Shown in pieces: positions 12,700-25,380 of a stretch of 64,000 nucleotides of DNA (position 1 is the stretch's first letter; the number at the start of each line of letters is the position of its first letter). The notes beneath the pieces are model-generated. The model ran no database searches. It had not been told where the DNA came from and saw only the letters and a list, made by a program, of their open reading frames with translations. Location: assembly GCA_951406725.2 (NCBI GenBank), contig OX597824.1:9362001-9426000 (forward strand). Direction: 5' to 3'. The position numbers and the translations under genes are program-made. This DNA is from Octopus vulgaris (Eukaryota).

Positions 12700-13180
12700 A
12701 TAAATAATTGTTAGGTTATGTTCTGGCAGTCTGCAAGTTATCTCATGAAGGAATAATCCAGCCATTAGTGTCTTTAACGCTAAATTAACACAATAATGTG
12801 GCAGGTCCATACAACAGGAACGAGCAGGAAGTGTCACTTAGTTGTTAAGGGTGAGCTCGAGCAATGTGGAAAACCACACAAACGTTAGCCATTAAGCAAA
12901 CACCTTCATGGGGCAAGTGACTGGAATGTGCATACAACTTTGGTGAAATCGCGTCTCCAGCCAGTCTATACTGCAATTATAGTCCAAATATTGAGCCTGT
13001 GTTAAGATCTAACTTCACGAAATATTTTCCGATCGTAGAGCTTGTAATTCCTTGGGAAAACAGTATAGAGTGAGCACATGAAATGAGGGGACGTAAAATA
13101 GGATCAACTTAGAAAATCAAGTCACAAAGATAGGAGTTTAAGGTTCCACAACGAGAAGTTGACAGTCGATGATGGAAATC
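12700..13180 (+). mobile_element. Decayed HERO/R2-type non-LTR retrotransposon C-terminus (zinc knuckle and restriction-like endonuclease)
   Basis: Remnants YVLAVCKLS (~HILSGCKVAL), ASDW and IVELVIPWENSIE*AHE (~IIELTVPWEENIEEAHERK). Confidence 0.55.
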
Positions 13181-14481
13181 CCTGTTAAGGCAAGCTCTTT
13201 GTAAATCATGTACCTCTTGATACAAAACTCAATTCTAATTTTGCGGAATGCTTTTTTCCACATCATTTCCTTTTCTTTACACATTTTCAAACACAGTAAT
13301 AGTTAACCATAAACAATGTTATCAATTTTTTAATCACTTCTGAGTGGGATTTATTTTTAATCACTTCTGACTGCGATCTCATATATGGTTGGTCTTTAAG
13401 AAATAGCCTTTAGTAACCTTTAGTAATGATTTACTGATTTCGCTTTCGTTTCCATTTCTTTCTTCTTTTTTTTTTGTAAATAATGAAATTGTGTATCTTT
13501 CTTCTCCTCTCACGCGTAGTAAATAACCTTGAAAAATGCATAAACACGACCCGAAACCGTTCCCGTTATCCTAATCGCAATCATGAAAACCTCACAGCAA
13601 AAGTTAATTACGTCGGTTGTATTATAATTTAGCATGAAAATACAGATGTATGACAAATTTCTACATTTTTCTCTCAAATAAATTTCGTTTCATCATATTT
13701 TCGGAGCCCTACAGCAAGAATGATGAGGAGCTATGAAGATTTTCATCCTGCTTCTTTCGAGATTCCGAAATTCCTGATAACCATTATGTACCCTAATACC
13801 AAAGAAGTGGTACCAAGCATAAAAAACACTCTAATACACACACAAACAAATTGTTTTGATCAGACATTGAAACCGACGATTGTAAGGTTTGGTAGTTCCT
13901 ACATTTTCATCGGAGATGTGGTCTTTTAATACACAAAATATATCACATATTTTCAGTTACTCATATTGAACAACTGGAGATTTTTGACGTTCTGTCTAAA
14001 GTTCATATTGCATATTGAATAAAATCAAGAATCAATGATTTTCAACTATTTTTGTCAAAAAACAAACCAACTTCTTTCATTTAAAAGTCTTTATAATACT
14101 AGAAATGCTGCTGGAACCAAATATGTCATAGCTCAGGATATCTATTGGTGTACATATTTAATGCGAGTAGTTACATTCTAATTTGACATTCCAATCTTAC
14201 GTAGCTCGATAGTATTTCCGGTGGTGGTTCTTTTACAGTTCTTTTTCGGTTGTGACTCTCGACGCCTTACAAAGTTGAAACTTATAAGGTAAATCGTGCC
14301 ACAGCTACAGGATGGAGTTGGTTGAAATCGAAAGAGGCTTCCTCCAACTGACTGAAAAGATAGGTAACATTGTGAATATGTGGGTATATGCATGTGTATG
14401 CATTTATGTATATCTATTTATTTATGTGTGTCTGTGTGTGTTTATTTATTTATTAAAGCTGCAAAAACATCACAAAGCATT

Positions 14482-14515
14482 GTGACTCAGAGTTTCACGT
14501 TCCCGTTCGTCGGAG
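14482..14515 (-). ncRNA. Minimal hammerhead ribozyme motif (U4C variant)
   Basis: The minus strand reads CCGACGA-ACG-GGAA-CGU-GAA-ACUC-U-GAGU-C. A partial inverted copy sits at 14544-14567. Confidence 0.6.
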
Positions 14516-14559
14516 AGTTATGACCAAGAGTCTTGATCACAACAGTTCGATGAACGGGA

Positions 14560-14614
14560 ACGTAAACACACCAGCATCGGTTGTCAAGCGATGTTGGGGG
14601 GACCAAACACAGAC

Positions 14615-14711
<97 letters not shown>

Positions 14712-14868
14712 GACCACCATCTTTCAGTTTTCGTCTACCAAATCCACTCACAAGGATTTGGTCGGCCTGAGGCTATAGTAGAAGACACACTTGCCCAAGA
14801 TGCCACGGAGGGGGACTGAACCCGGAAGCATGTGTTTGGTAAGCAAGCTACTTACCACACAGCCACTC
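14560..14868 (-). mobile_element. Family B CORE-like SINE with internal microsatellite, 3'-truncated
   Basis: Reverse complement of the 55388 copy; CORE-like CTTGGGCAAGT. Confidence 0.88.
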
Positions 14869-15074
14869 CATATTTTGTTATGTTTTTGCAAATTTACTAA
14901 AAACGAGAAAGCATATTACTCTACCTTCGGTATTCGAGTACTATTTTTCCGAAACTTGTTTTGCATTTATATGTGCGTGTGTGCGTGAATATGTGTATGT
15001 GCGTTTGTGTGTGTAGTGGGGGTGGACAAAAAGAAGAAAAGGGCACATAACTCTGTAGGATTTACATGTATTAC

Positions 15075-15207
15075 TTAAACCAGTTTGATTTGCTCTCCGT
15101 GCTGCTTCAAGCTTCGCTGGCCTGTAAAGGAAAAAACTGGAGGCAAAGGTCTCCGTGAAGGCCTGCGTAATTTGAAGTAGCACGGAAACGGAATCAACCT
15201 GTTTTAA
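15075..15207. repeat. Imperfect 49-bp-arm inverted repeat (possible palindromic MITE)
   Basis: Left arm TTAAACCAGTTTGATT...CGCTGGCCT matches the reverse complement of the right arm, TTAAAACAGGTTGATT...CGCAGGCCT, at about 38/49. Confidence 0.75.
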
Positions 15208-15209
15208 AC

Positions 15210-15281
<72 letters not shown>

Positions 15282-15310
15282 AACACACAATTATATATAT
15301 ATAATTCAAT

Positions 15311-15515
15311 ATGTGACCGCCTGTGTAACCTTAGCGATTTTCTTTCTCCGCCTTACCTTCTTGGACCTTTCCTTTTCCTATGTTTCTGACGAAGAGCTCC
15401 ACTCGAAACATGAAATCCTCCTTCTTTCTTTACTTTCCTGAGCGTCCAATAACACTATACTTGTTCCACGTCATCGCGTTGTTGTGTTTTCTCTTTGTGT
15501 TTTCATGTTCGGACC

Positions 15516-15519
<4 letters not shown>
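15311..15519 (+). mobile_element. ~205-bp hammerhead-bearing element (family F1, Penelope pLTR-like), copy 1
   Basis: Homologous to the 19973, 27853 and 51278 copies. Degenerate motif GTTT-CTGACGA-A-GAGCTCCACTC-GAAAC at 15382-15409. Flanked by TA runs. Confidence 0.8.
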
Positions 15520-15549
<30 letters not shown>

Positions 15550-15864
15550 GCGCGCACATATGTATATATATGTATGTATACGCACATAATTATTTATTTC
15601 TTTAACAGCTCCGAGGTAGCTATAAAATGTTGCATAATCACATTGATTAAACCTATAACAGAAACAGCCGTAAGGTAATAAACATGATTACATAATTCCT
15701 CTTCTCATTTATTCGTAGCTATTATGCGCTACACTCTCCTAACACTTGGCTCCAGAGTATAAATGTATCGAGTTGTTACGACTGCTTATTAGAATGGCTA
15801 TGCCTAAGCATAATCCTGACGTATATATATATATATATGCTCACGTGTGTGTGTGGTGTGTCCT

Positions 15865-16222
<358 letters not shown>

Positions 16223-16794
16223 AAACGTACGTACGTGCGTGTGTGTGAATTAAACCAACGACAACTTGCTGAATATTCGCAGACGAAATGCCGTCAAATA
16301 AATTCTATGATTTTAAAGAATGTACCATTAAACCATAATTCCTGATATATCGTTCACTTTTAAAACATGAAAGCCATAAAACCTAACCAAACCGCACCGG
16401 TGCAGTGCTTTAATGACCGTCTCCCTAATGATATGTTCTATATTATTTTGTTTGCTTTAAGTATAGATATATCGTGAACTGAAGCTGGTTTATGAGAATT
16501 GCGTCAGGTTCTGCTTTTGCCAACGACGAGTACTTCGTTAAGTGAAGTCAATTAAAGAGCGTCTACGTGATCAGGGCAGTCTGCTAGAAATAGCAGCCAG
16601 ATTCCCAGCGATTCCTGTGCTTTATTGGCTTTAAGACTCACATTTCCCTATGTAGTCTGTCGTTAAATATTAATCGATGTGACCCTAAATAGACTCGAAT
16701 TAATGACTATGATGTCATGGAAAGGGCCTATTTTATCAACATGTATGCTTGCTAGCTGGAAACGTTGCCCTAAGTTCTCTTTACTATATAAATA

Positions 16795-16995
16795 TAAGGC
16801 GCTTGACATTTTGGGGGAGGGTGATTGTCGATTACATCGACGCCAGTTCATGACTGGTACTTATTTTATCGACCACCTAATGACGGCTTTCATTTATCCG
16901 CCTCGGCGGAATTTGAACTCAGCAGATAAAATCTGAATAAATGCCTTTAATTATTTCTTTCCGGCATGCTAACGATTCTGCCATCTCACTACCTG
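16795..16995 (-). mobile_element. Old family A SINE
   Basis: gactggtacttattttatcgac, cctcggcggaatttgaactcag and gctaacgattctgcca. Confidence 0.75.
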
Positions 16996-18098
16996 AAAAA
17001 TGGTAATACTTTGCAACAAATTTGATTAAGAAACTCATTTAATTGTAGTCTTTTTCTTGCTCGAAAAATACAATTTAGTCACATATGTAAAATTATAAGA
17101 TATACTTGCGTGATGTTCAAATTTTGGCTACACATTGTAGAAGTAGAATAATTCCACATTGTTGCAATATTACGACGACGCAAATCATATTTGCTATAAG
17201 CTATTAGGATTTTGGTTGGCATCATCCGGGGGAAAAGATACAATTAATATTCTTTTCTACTCTAGGCACAAGGACCGAAATTTTGGATGCTGGTATTTCC
17301 CTGATACTTCATTTTTCGAACGCGACGTTAAAAAAAAAAAGCATTGTTGATCTGGAGGGGATTTGAACTCACTGCAGAGAGCGTGAGAACGAATATCGCA
17401 AATCATTCCATCCGACGTTCTAACGATCCAACCAATCTCCCGTCTTAAAAGAAGGGAGTAACAATAAAGAATGACGAAATACATTTATAATGGAGAAAGG
17501 GTGTAGGGAAGGAGGTTTAAAATATTGGTGTTTGTAATACGTTAGTAGCAAACTGATATTAAAAAGAGTCTTCTTTTAAGAGAAAAGCGAACAGCCATTA
17601 AGGTTTACAAGAAGAAATATGCGTATTTGGACAAGAATAGAAAGTGTTCAAGAAGCGTATAATATATTTTAGAAGAATCTGCTGTAGAATTTATAGTATT
17701 TAAATAACTAGTATTGTAAGGCATCGTATAGATAAAAGGAATTATAACAAGTATAAATATGATAAAATGAATAACATATATATCCAGGGAATCAATAAAA
17801 ACTGGTGCAGTTTAAGAGGATAGTTACAGAAAAGATATAATTTATGCAGGAGATATTTTACGATATTTGTAGTTCTAAATAAATGTAGTTTAGATATACT
17901 AATATCAAATAAAGAAGCATTGTCACTCGGTTATGTATGATATGAGGAGAAGCGAGACCAAATTGAAGAATATAGGAAAACTGTGTGACAAACGGAGAAG
18001 TCATCAAAGAAGTGGTTGCGTATCGTGGAAAGTGTAAGGTTAAAGGTATGGCAATGAAATAGATATACTTAGGAATCTGCAAGAAAAATGAAATAGTA

Positions 18099-18260
18099 GG
18101 TGAAGGAGTGGTTGTGTGGTAAGAAGCTTGCTTCCCAACCACGTGGTTCCCGGTTCAGTCCCACTGTATAGCACCTTGGGCAAGCGACTCCTACTATAAC
18201 CTTGCGACAACCAAAGCCTTATGAGTGAAATTGGTAGACGGAAACTGAAACAGGCCCGTC

Positions 18261-18356
<96 letters not shown>

Positions 18357-18563
18357 ATGTATTTGTATGTCTGTGTTTGTACCTCACTCCACCCACCATC
18401 GCTTAGCAACCGATGTTGGTGTCTTCACGATCCCGCAACTTGCCGGTTCGGTAAAAGATTACGATAGAGTAAGTACTAGACTTACAAAGAACACGTCTTG
18501 GATTCGAGTTGTTCGACTAAAGGCGGTGCTCCAACATGGCCGCAGCAAAATGACTGAAACAAG
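18099..18563 (+). mobile_element. Family B SINE, full length, with internal (TA)n(TG)n
   Basis: Head, CORE-like motif, internal microsatellite and ATGACTGAAACAAG tail are all present. Confidence 0.9.
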
Positions 18564-18569
18564 AATATT

Positions 18570-19140
18570 TTACACAAACTATATCGAGTCAATTCGGAAA
18601 TAATATCGAGGGTTTAAGTGTTGTTTTGAGGTGGAAAAAATGGTTAAAAACATAAGGTTCTATAATAAAACCAGTACATTCCAGTATGGACTTCAGAAGA
18701 TCAGTGTTATCAAGAAAAAGGATAATCTCTATTCTTTCAGGAAAAAAAAAAAGAAAACGATAGAAAACATCTAAGAAATTGGCAAGATCACTTATCGCCT
18801 CTTTTGTTGAATCTCGTATGAGAAACCTTGTCGTGTAGGCCGATAAAAATATTAATCCTTCCGAGAAAGAAACCAGAAGTAGATTGAGACATTACAGATT
18901 GCTTTTAAATTAGATATCAACCATACAGCAAAAACTTAACTCGACGTGAACCCATTGTTTAATCCCAACAGTCACAAAGATAATGCCCAAGGATATCGAT
19001 CAATTCAACTAATCACTTGTCAAGTTAAATGCCTTCTGATGATTAAACGAATAGTAAAACATGACAAATGGATGACGAACAATAATTTTTAATAATAAAC
19101 ATAGAACGTTCGACATTCCAAAACATTTAAGCCTTAAGTT
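18570..19140 (+). mobile_element. Possible highly decayed Penelope-like RT remnant
   Basis: Short motif remnants QYGLQKI (~YGLPKIH) and LDVNPLF (~LDVESLF); lies next to a hammerhead-like module. Confidence 0.35.
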
Positions 19141-19196
19141 AAAGCGTTTGCATATATATATGTATGATAGATCGTTAGCCTTGTTTTTTCTGTCCC

Positions 19197-19230
19197 TTTC
19201 TGTGGAAGAGCGTAGGCCCGAAACGTAAAA
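19197..19230 (+). ncRNA. Degenerate hammerhead-like motif
   Basis: UUU-CUGUGGA-A-GAGC-GUAG-GCCC-GAA-ACGU-A-AAA; the core A6 is not conserved. Confidence 0.4.
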
Positions 19231-19320
19231 TGCTTTTTCTATTCCTGAGCGTTATACTAATACATCTGTTTGTTTTGTACACCACCTGTCTTTGTCTTTT
19301 GTTTTTTTTTCGTAAACTCT

Positions 19321-19386
<66 letters not shown>

Positions 19387-19530
19387 GGTTGGTGCATAAT
19401 TATTGCGGCATTTTTCAACAAATTTTATTCAGCAAAAATAATAACAAAATGTAACACATACATATATTCATATATACACACACATATATATATATCTATA
19501 CATATATATGCATATGTGTGTATGTATATA

Positions 19531-19890
19531 GACGCAGGAGTGGCTGTGTGGTAAGTAGCTTGCTTACCAACCACGTGGTTCCGGGTTCAGTCCCACTGCG
19601 TGACAGGTTGGGCAGGAGTCTTCTACTATAGCCTCGGGCCAACCAAAGCCTTGTGGGTGGATTTTTTAGACGGAAAATGAAAGAAGCCTGTCGTATATTT
19701 GTATAGGTATGCGCACCAACGCTTGACAACCGATGCTGGTGTATTTACGTCCCCGTAACCTAACGGTACGGCAAGAAGGGGTCGATAGAATAAGTACTAG
19801 GTTTACAAAGAATAAGTCCTGGGGTCGATTTGCTCGACTTAAAGGCAGTGCTCCAGTATGGCCGCAGTCAAATGACTGAAACAAATAAAA
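19531..19890 (+). mobile_element. Family B SINE
   Basis: Matches the 55388 copy, with a short internal microsatellite. Confidence 0.9.
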
Positions 19891-19913
19891 GAATAAAAAT
19901 ATATATATATATA

Positions 19914-19962
<49 letters not shown>

Positions 19963-19972
19963 TGAGTTCAAT

Positions 19973-20156
19973 ATGTGACCGCGTATGTATGTTTTCTTTC
20001 TCCGTCTTCCCTTCCTTGGACTTTTCTTTTTTCCTATGTTTCTGACGAAGAGCTCCGCTCGAAACGTTATACCCTCCTTCTTTCTTTCCTTTCCTGAGCG
20101 TACAATAACGTCCTCGTGTTGTTGTATTTTCTCTTTGTTCATGTTTTGGAGTAACT
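19973..20156 (+). mobile_element. Family F1 hammerhead-bearing element, copy 2
   Basis: Homologous to the other F1 copies; flanked by TA runs. Confidence 0.82.
20038..20072 (+). ncRNA. Minimal type-I hammerhead ribozyme motif with intact core
   Basis: GUUU-CUGACGA-A-GAGC(UCC)GCUC-GAA-ACGU-U-AUAC; palindromic stem III, one mismatch in stem I. Confidence 0.72.
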
Positions 20157-21780
20157 ATATATACACATATATACTTATATGCGTGTGTGTGTGTTTGTAT
20201 ACAAACGCGCTTGCACAATATAAATTCATACATATAGAAGTACGTAACTCTATTACATCGACAGTTCAACGTCTTCTCTGACGTTCACCCTTCGCTTACA
20301 CCACTACGGCTGTAGAATAGTGAAAACTATTTTCTGTTTTTATGAGATTAGCTGGACATTAGATGAATCTAGTTGGGTGGAATGTTAAGTGTCTTTGAAT
20401 ACTAATTTTAAGATTTAGGGATTGTATAATAATTTATTGTTAAAATGTGAGCAGACAGTGATAGATTTACTCCAACTTTAACTGTGTTAGAATATGGTAG
20501 AACTTAAATATTTTGCGTCATATCTTTTCAAGTCTTTGATTTCACTTCAACTCGCTGCATGGAATATTCAGTTGATGCAGAGAGACCGAGAAGATAGAGA
20601 TAAAGAGGGAAGAAAAGAATGATGAACGAAATAGGTAGAATTAGCGAGGAGAAGAGAGAGGGGTTTGTTGACTTGAGCGTTGTATGTCTTCCTCTAAACG
20701 GTTTGTACAAGTCTTTATTTTCTTTGTCTCTCTTAGATCATTAAAATGGAGGACACTTAAAGTTCTGTTCAACGCTCTTAAAATGCCATCGAATTTGATA
20801 TTCGTATCATTATACACAATCAATTTCATTATCGTTGATCATAAATAAGTTTTTATCACCTCCGTCATCGATCCGTAGATTAAGAATAAGTTTCTTCCAA
20901 CACACCACTTCATTGAGTTTATTTATTACAAATTACATCTCCCGTTAATACAGAGTTCTAAAAACGTTATAACTTATATGGTTAGCATTAGTATTGTTTA
21001 TGATAACTGACATGAACTAACAAGAAGTATTTCATAAATAAATCATCGCCATCAGTGATGAAGTTTATTTTGCTGCTAAATATTAGGATTTCATCAAGCG
21101 GCAACAATCAAGATACGTTTTACCATGCTACACCAGAAATTTCTATACATCATGAATTTTGATTGAACCTTAATTTTATGTGTGTTTCTACCAAAATTAT
21201 TAATGTAGCTGAGTAGTCATAAACCTCTATTATTTTGTCACCCCCAAAATTTCATCGGATATCCCCTGGTGTCCAGCAATATCAAGCACCAACATATCAC
21301 ACCTTATTTTGAACAATAGTACGGGGGATAGGTAGTATGGTCCTGTAAATTCCCCCTTTCGACTTCTGCTCAGGCTATTTTGAAACTTCATGGGGAACTT
21401 GGTATACATACTATAATGGCGTATCTTAAAGCTACTTCGTAGTCTTAGATTCGGTTCCACGGGGAAGAGTACATTTTACACATATCCTAAAGGAAGTCAA
21501 TATCTTTGACTTTGAAATATTTGATATATAAATTGTGTTGAATTTCCTTCTATGTATTCCAGGCCGTATTTGTGCGACAGAAAGATATCCTTGTTCTCAG
21601 CAGCATAGGATTCAAGTACTTAAGACCACTTGTCTCGTTGCAATACGTGCCATTGTTGGAAAAAATACTACTGAAAGCCGTCAATAATACTCAGAAAGAT
21701 GTAAACAGCATAAACTGCAAATCACTTCCTCTGAAAAACTGGAATGAAGTGTGGGCGTTAAAATGTTATACACTAGAATA

Positions 21781-21994
21781 TTCTTTTCTACTCTAGGCAT
21801 AAGGCCCGAAATTTTGTGGGAGGGGGCCAGTCGATTAGATCGACCACAATACCCAAATAGTACTTAATTTTTCGACCTCGAAAGGATGAAAGGCAAAATC
21901 GACCACGGCGCAATTTAAACTCAGAACATAAAGACAGGCGAAATACCGCTAAGCATTTCGTCCGGCGTGCTAACGTTTCTGCCAGTTCGCCGCC
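21781..21994 (-). mobile_element. Family A SINE (alternative tail)
   Basis: Full head to tail; TSD tgttatacacta(g/a)aatatt. Confidence 0.9.
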
Positions 21995-22190
21995 TTGTTA
22001 TACACTAAAATATTGTTATAACAATATTTTTACAATTGAATAGCGATTCTTGGCTGTGCTTAAGAACATATTTCAAATGAATGTATATCAGTGTATTAAA
22101 AGATATTTAACTGACTGACTCAACAGAATTTAAAGTTTTAAATGATATTCAACACTAATTGGTTGCAGAAGGTGACTACAACGAATAAAT

Positions 22191-22730
22191 CTAAAATAGC
22201 CAAACCTTCTTGCTTAACAAAACACTGAGAAAATACATGAAGCTTATCGCATATTCACTGCAGCATACGTAGATCATCGACAGCCAAATCATCATCTGGG
22301 TACCGTCCCAGTGGTGCGTCAACAAAATCCATCCCCTCCTCACCGTGATGGGGACGCTGGTAACGGGTAGTGTCAGAGCTATGCCGTCGGGAACCTCGGT
22401 TCCTGGTAGGGCCACCCAAGGAAGATTGGCCTGACACCGAGTGGTATTAGGGCCACAACCCGGCAGACGGGGCTCTGGTGAAAATCCTCGGAGTATCTGC
22501 TTCGGCAACCGACGGCTCCTCGGACGTTCTGTCCTTGAATCTGCGGACAATCTGCGGTAAACAGGATGTCTCCACAAGCGGGATTGTTGGGGACCGCTTG
22601 TGAAATCCACATATTCCCACGAAACTTCTTCCATGAGTAGAAGAAGCCGACTCAACCTGCCCAGAGTGAATGTTGCCAAAAGTACAAGTAAGTCCAAGTA
22701 AGTCCCAGTGGTAAATTAACAACGGATTGC
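22191..22730 (-). pseudogene. GC-rich unique segment, possible coding exon or pseudo-exon of unknown product
   Basis: Visibly more GC-rich than its flanks. The frame 22722-22255 is open except for one TAA at 22447-22449, and a second frame is open for 168 codons. Possible acceptor (aaattag|G) at 22731. No family recognised. Confidence 0.3.
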
Positions 22731-23479
22731 CTAATTTGTAGCATTAAAAATGAAGCAAACTAAAGGTAACCACTCACATGAACTATGGTATACACTATTT
22801 CCTTAAGAAATTACTTATTAATTGAAATTTCTTTGTAAGTTGGATAAAAACTCAAGCTAGGTGGTAATTGTTAGCGATGCTCAAAGAGATAATATCAAGA
22901 AGTATCGAATTAATATTTAAAAATAATTTGCACTTTTATGCAGAGAGCCTGAAGTATGGCTTATAACCAAGGGAAAACTACAGACAATTTTAAATGAATT
23001 ATTTCAATCGATGTCATTGTCTCATTTCTCAGTTTTTTTCTTTAGCGAATATTATTTCTCATTATGTCTACTGTAGTGACCAAATGAATACGTATCTATT
23101 TTTCTATTCGTTTATCCCCATCACCTGATCTGGGAGCTAGATTAGACTAATGAAATCTAATACCGCAGTACGCATGACCATAGGCTGTATGCAAATAAAG
23201 ATGCGACTGTGCTCAACTTAATCAGGTGTATTATCTTCTTAAAAATGGTGATGTCTTAAAATATTCCCTTTCTTCTGGAGGAATCGCTAACACTTCGCTG
23301 CCTGGTTAAGGTTTTCCTCTCGTAAAGATTTTATCTTTTAATCACGTGGAAGAGATTTCGCACGTCTTTTCGGTATTCTGTGCGAGTGTGCGTGTATTTA
23401 CACAGGCGTGTGTGAGTGTATGATTGCACGCAACTATGCATACTTACATATATGTGTGTATTCGCATAAATTCATCGAA

Positions 23480-23958
23480 TGCAAAAGGCAACACAAATCG
23501 CTGAAAAGACTTCTGACAAATACGATGTTTTACACAATAACTACGAAACCAATGGTTAAAAAACTTGGACGTCTAAATGTGGAACATGAACCAACCTTCT
23601 GGAAGACTCGGAATTCCTATTCAAACAAGGAGAGATGTTCACAATTAAAACCAACTTCACATGTGCTTCCGACAATCTCATTTATGTTATAACTTGTTTA
23701 GGTTACTGACAATTATACAGGACAGACAAGCATGGCACTTAGACGGAAAACCACACTACATAAGGAACAGATCCGTTTCTCAAAGTACAGACAGATTCTT
23801 TGCAGTGAACACAAAGAGAGATGTGCAGGTAATATCCAACCAAATTTCACAGTTTTCACCATTTGCTGGTGCAAAGAAATAATTTCTGTACAAGAACGTT
23901 TCAATAAAGAAAATTTATTTATCGAAAAATACAGAACACACCTAAATATTAAGGCATA
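23480..23958 (+). mobile_element. Decayed Penelope-like GIY-YIG endonuclease region
   Basis: KRQHKSLKRLLT ... FTCASDNLIYVITCLG ... YTGQTSMALRRKTTLHKEQIR ... CSEH, with frameshifts. Confidence 0.8.
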
Positions 23959-24085
23959 ACCAACTTTAGTCTCAGTATGTATTTTAATTCATGATCACAT
24001 AGCCATCACTGTACATGCTTCATCTCACTAATTTAGCTTTTGAGTTTTTGTATATTCATTTATCCCCACCAAAAGCAATTTTGGT

Positions 24086-24130
<45 letters not shown>

Positions 24131-24180
24131 ACCGCCTTTTCTAGTTGTTGATTCATTCACAAACCTCCATACAAGAGCAT

Positions 24181-24420
24181 GGACCGGAAATAGTGTTCTT
24201 GAGGAAGACACTTTATTTCACGATGCCCCTGTTCACTCTGCTGTAGAAACAAGTCACAATGTCACTGGTCCCAAGCTGTATCGGCGTTTGCCTTACCCTT
24301 GGACAACATCTGTGGCATGGAGAGGTGAGACTGGTATGCATGGTCAATTGTCCGGACTTGTTCCTCAGAGGAGAACTTTCTATGTACAATCCCATAGTCA
24401 TTCCTGAACGAAAGTTGTCT
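24181..24420 (+). mobile_element. Family E SINE, 5'-truncated
   Basis: Homologous to 39050-39313. Confidence 0.8.
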
Positions 24421-25039
24421 CTACCTTGCCATGTGTGTGTGTGTTTGTATTGTGAGTGTGTGTATGTGTGTGCGTGTGTGTCCATGTCCGTATGCTTGTG
24501 CGCGCGTTTGTGTGCTTGTGTGTGCGTGCCTGTATGTGTGTGTGTTTGTGCGTGCCTGTATGTGTGTGTGTTTGTGCGTGCATGCGTGCACACAGTGTAG
24601 GACTCCAAGACCGGTGGATAGAGAAAGGCCCGAACGCTTGCAACAGTTAACTCCGTTAAATGCCCTTAAGGCGCCTGGTTATGCTAAACCAAGTAAGACA
24701 TTAATTCTATCATCTAAATGGATCATGGCGGGATTTTGAATTCACTATACAGAGGGCTGGAATAAATGTTTTTGCAATCCTTTACCTAGGAAAGATACTT
24801 CATTCTCAAATCCGGAAGTTTGAAAGAGAAGTTTGACCTCAACGGAATTTGAACTCAGAATATGAAGAGACATTGCAGATGCCTCGCCCGATGCTTTAAC
24901 GACTTCGGGTATTCGCTGAATTCTCTCTCTAAATGTATTATGTGTATAACGTTTCTGTAAAGAAGTATAAACGTTCACGGGTGAATATATAGATACTTAC
25001 ATTTTGACATACCTACACACACATTCGCGAACATACTCA

Positions 25040-25076
25040 CGCACATATATAAGTACATACATATATTGTATCTCTG

Positions 25077-25136
<60 letters not shown>

Positions 25137-25244
25137 TATTATAGCAGACACACACATACATTTATATACATATAATATATATATATATATATAACATAAT
25201 GTAATATATACGTACAATATACATATATAACATGAATAGATATA

Positions 25245-25275
<31 letters not shown>

Positions 25276-25293
25276 TATATATATATGTATATG

Positions 25294-25341
<48 letters not shown>

Positions 25342-25380
25342 TGTATGTATATATATGTATGTATGTATGTATATATATAT
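25040..25380. repeat. Compound TA/TG microsatellite
   Basis: Seen directly. Confidence 0.92.

Noticed and set aside
19383-19450. Mariner-like terminal sequence after a TA run
   Set aside because: No matching second TIR found.
19860-19890. Family B tail AGTC-AAAT-GACT-GAAAC-AAGTA resembling the 3' half of a hammerhead
   Set aside because: No CUGANGA-type 5' core; more simply a LINE-recognition stem-loop.
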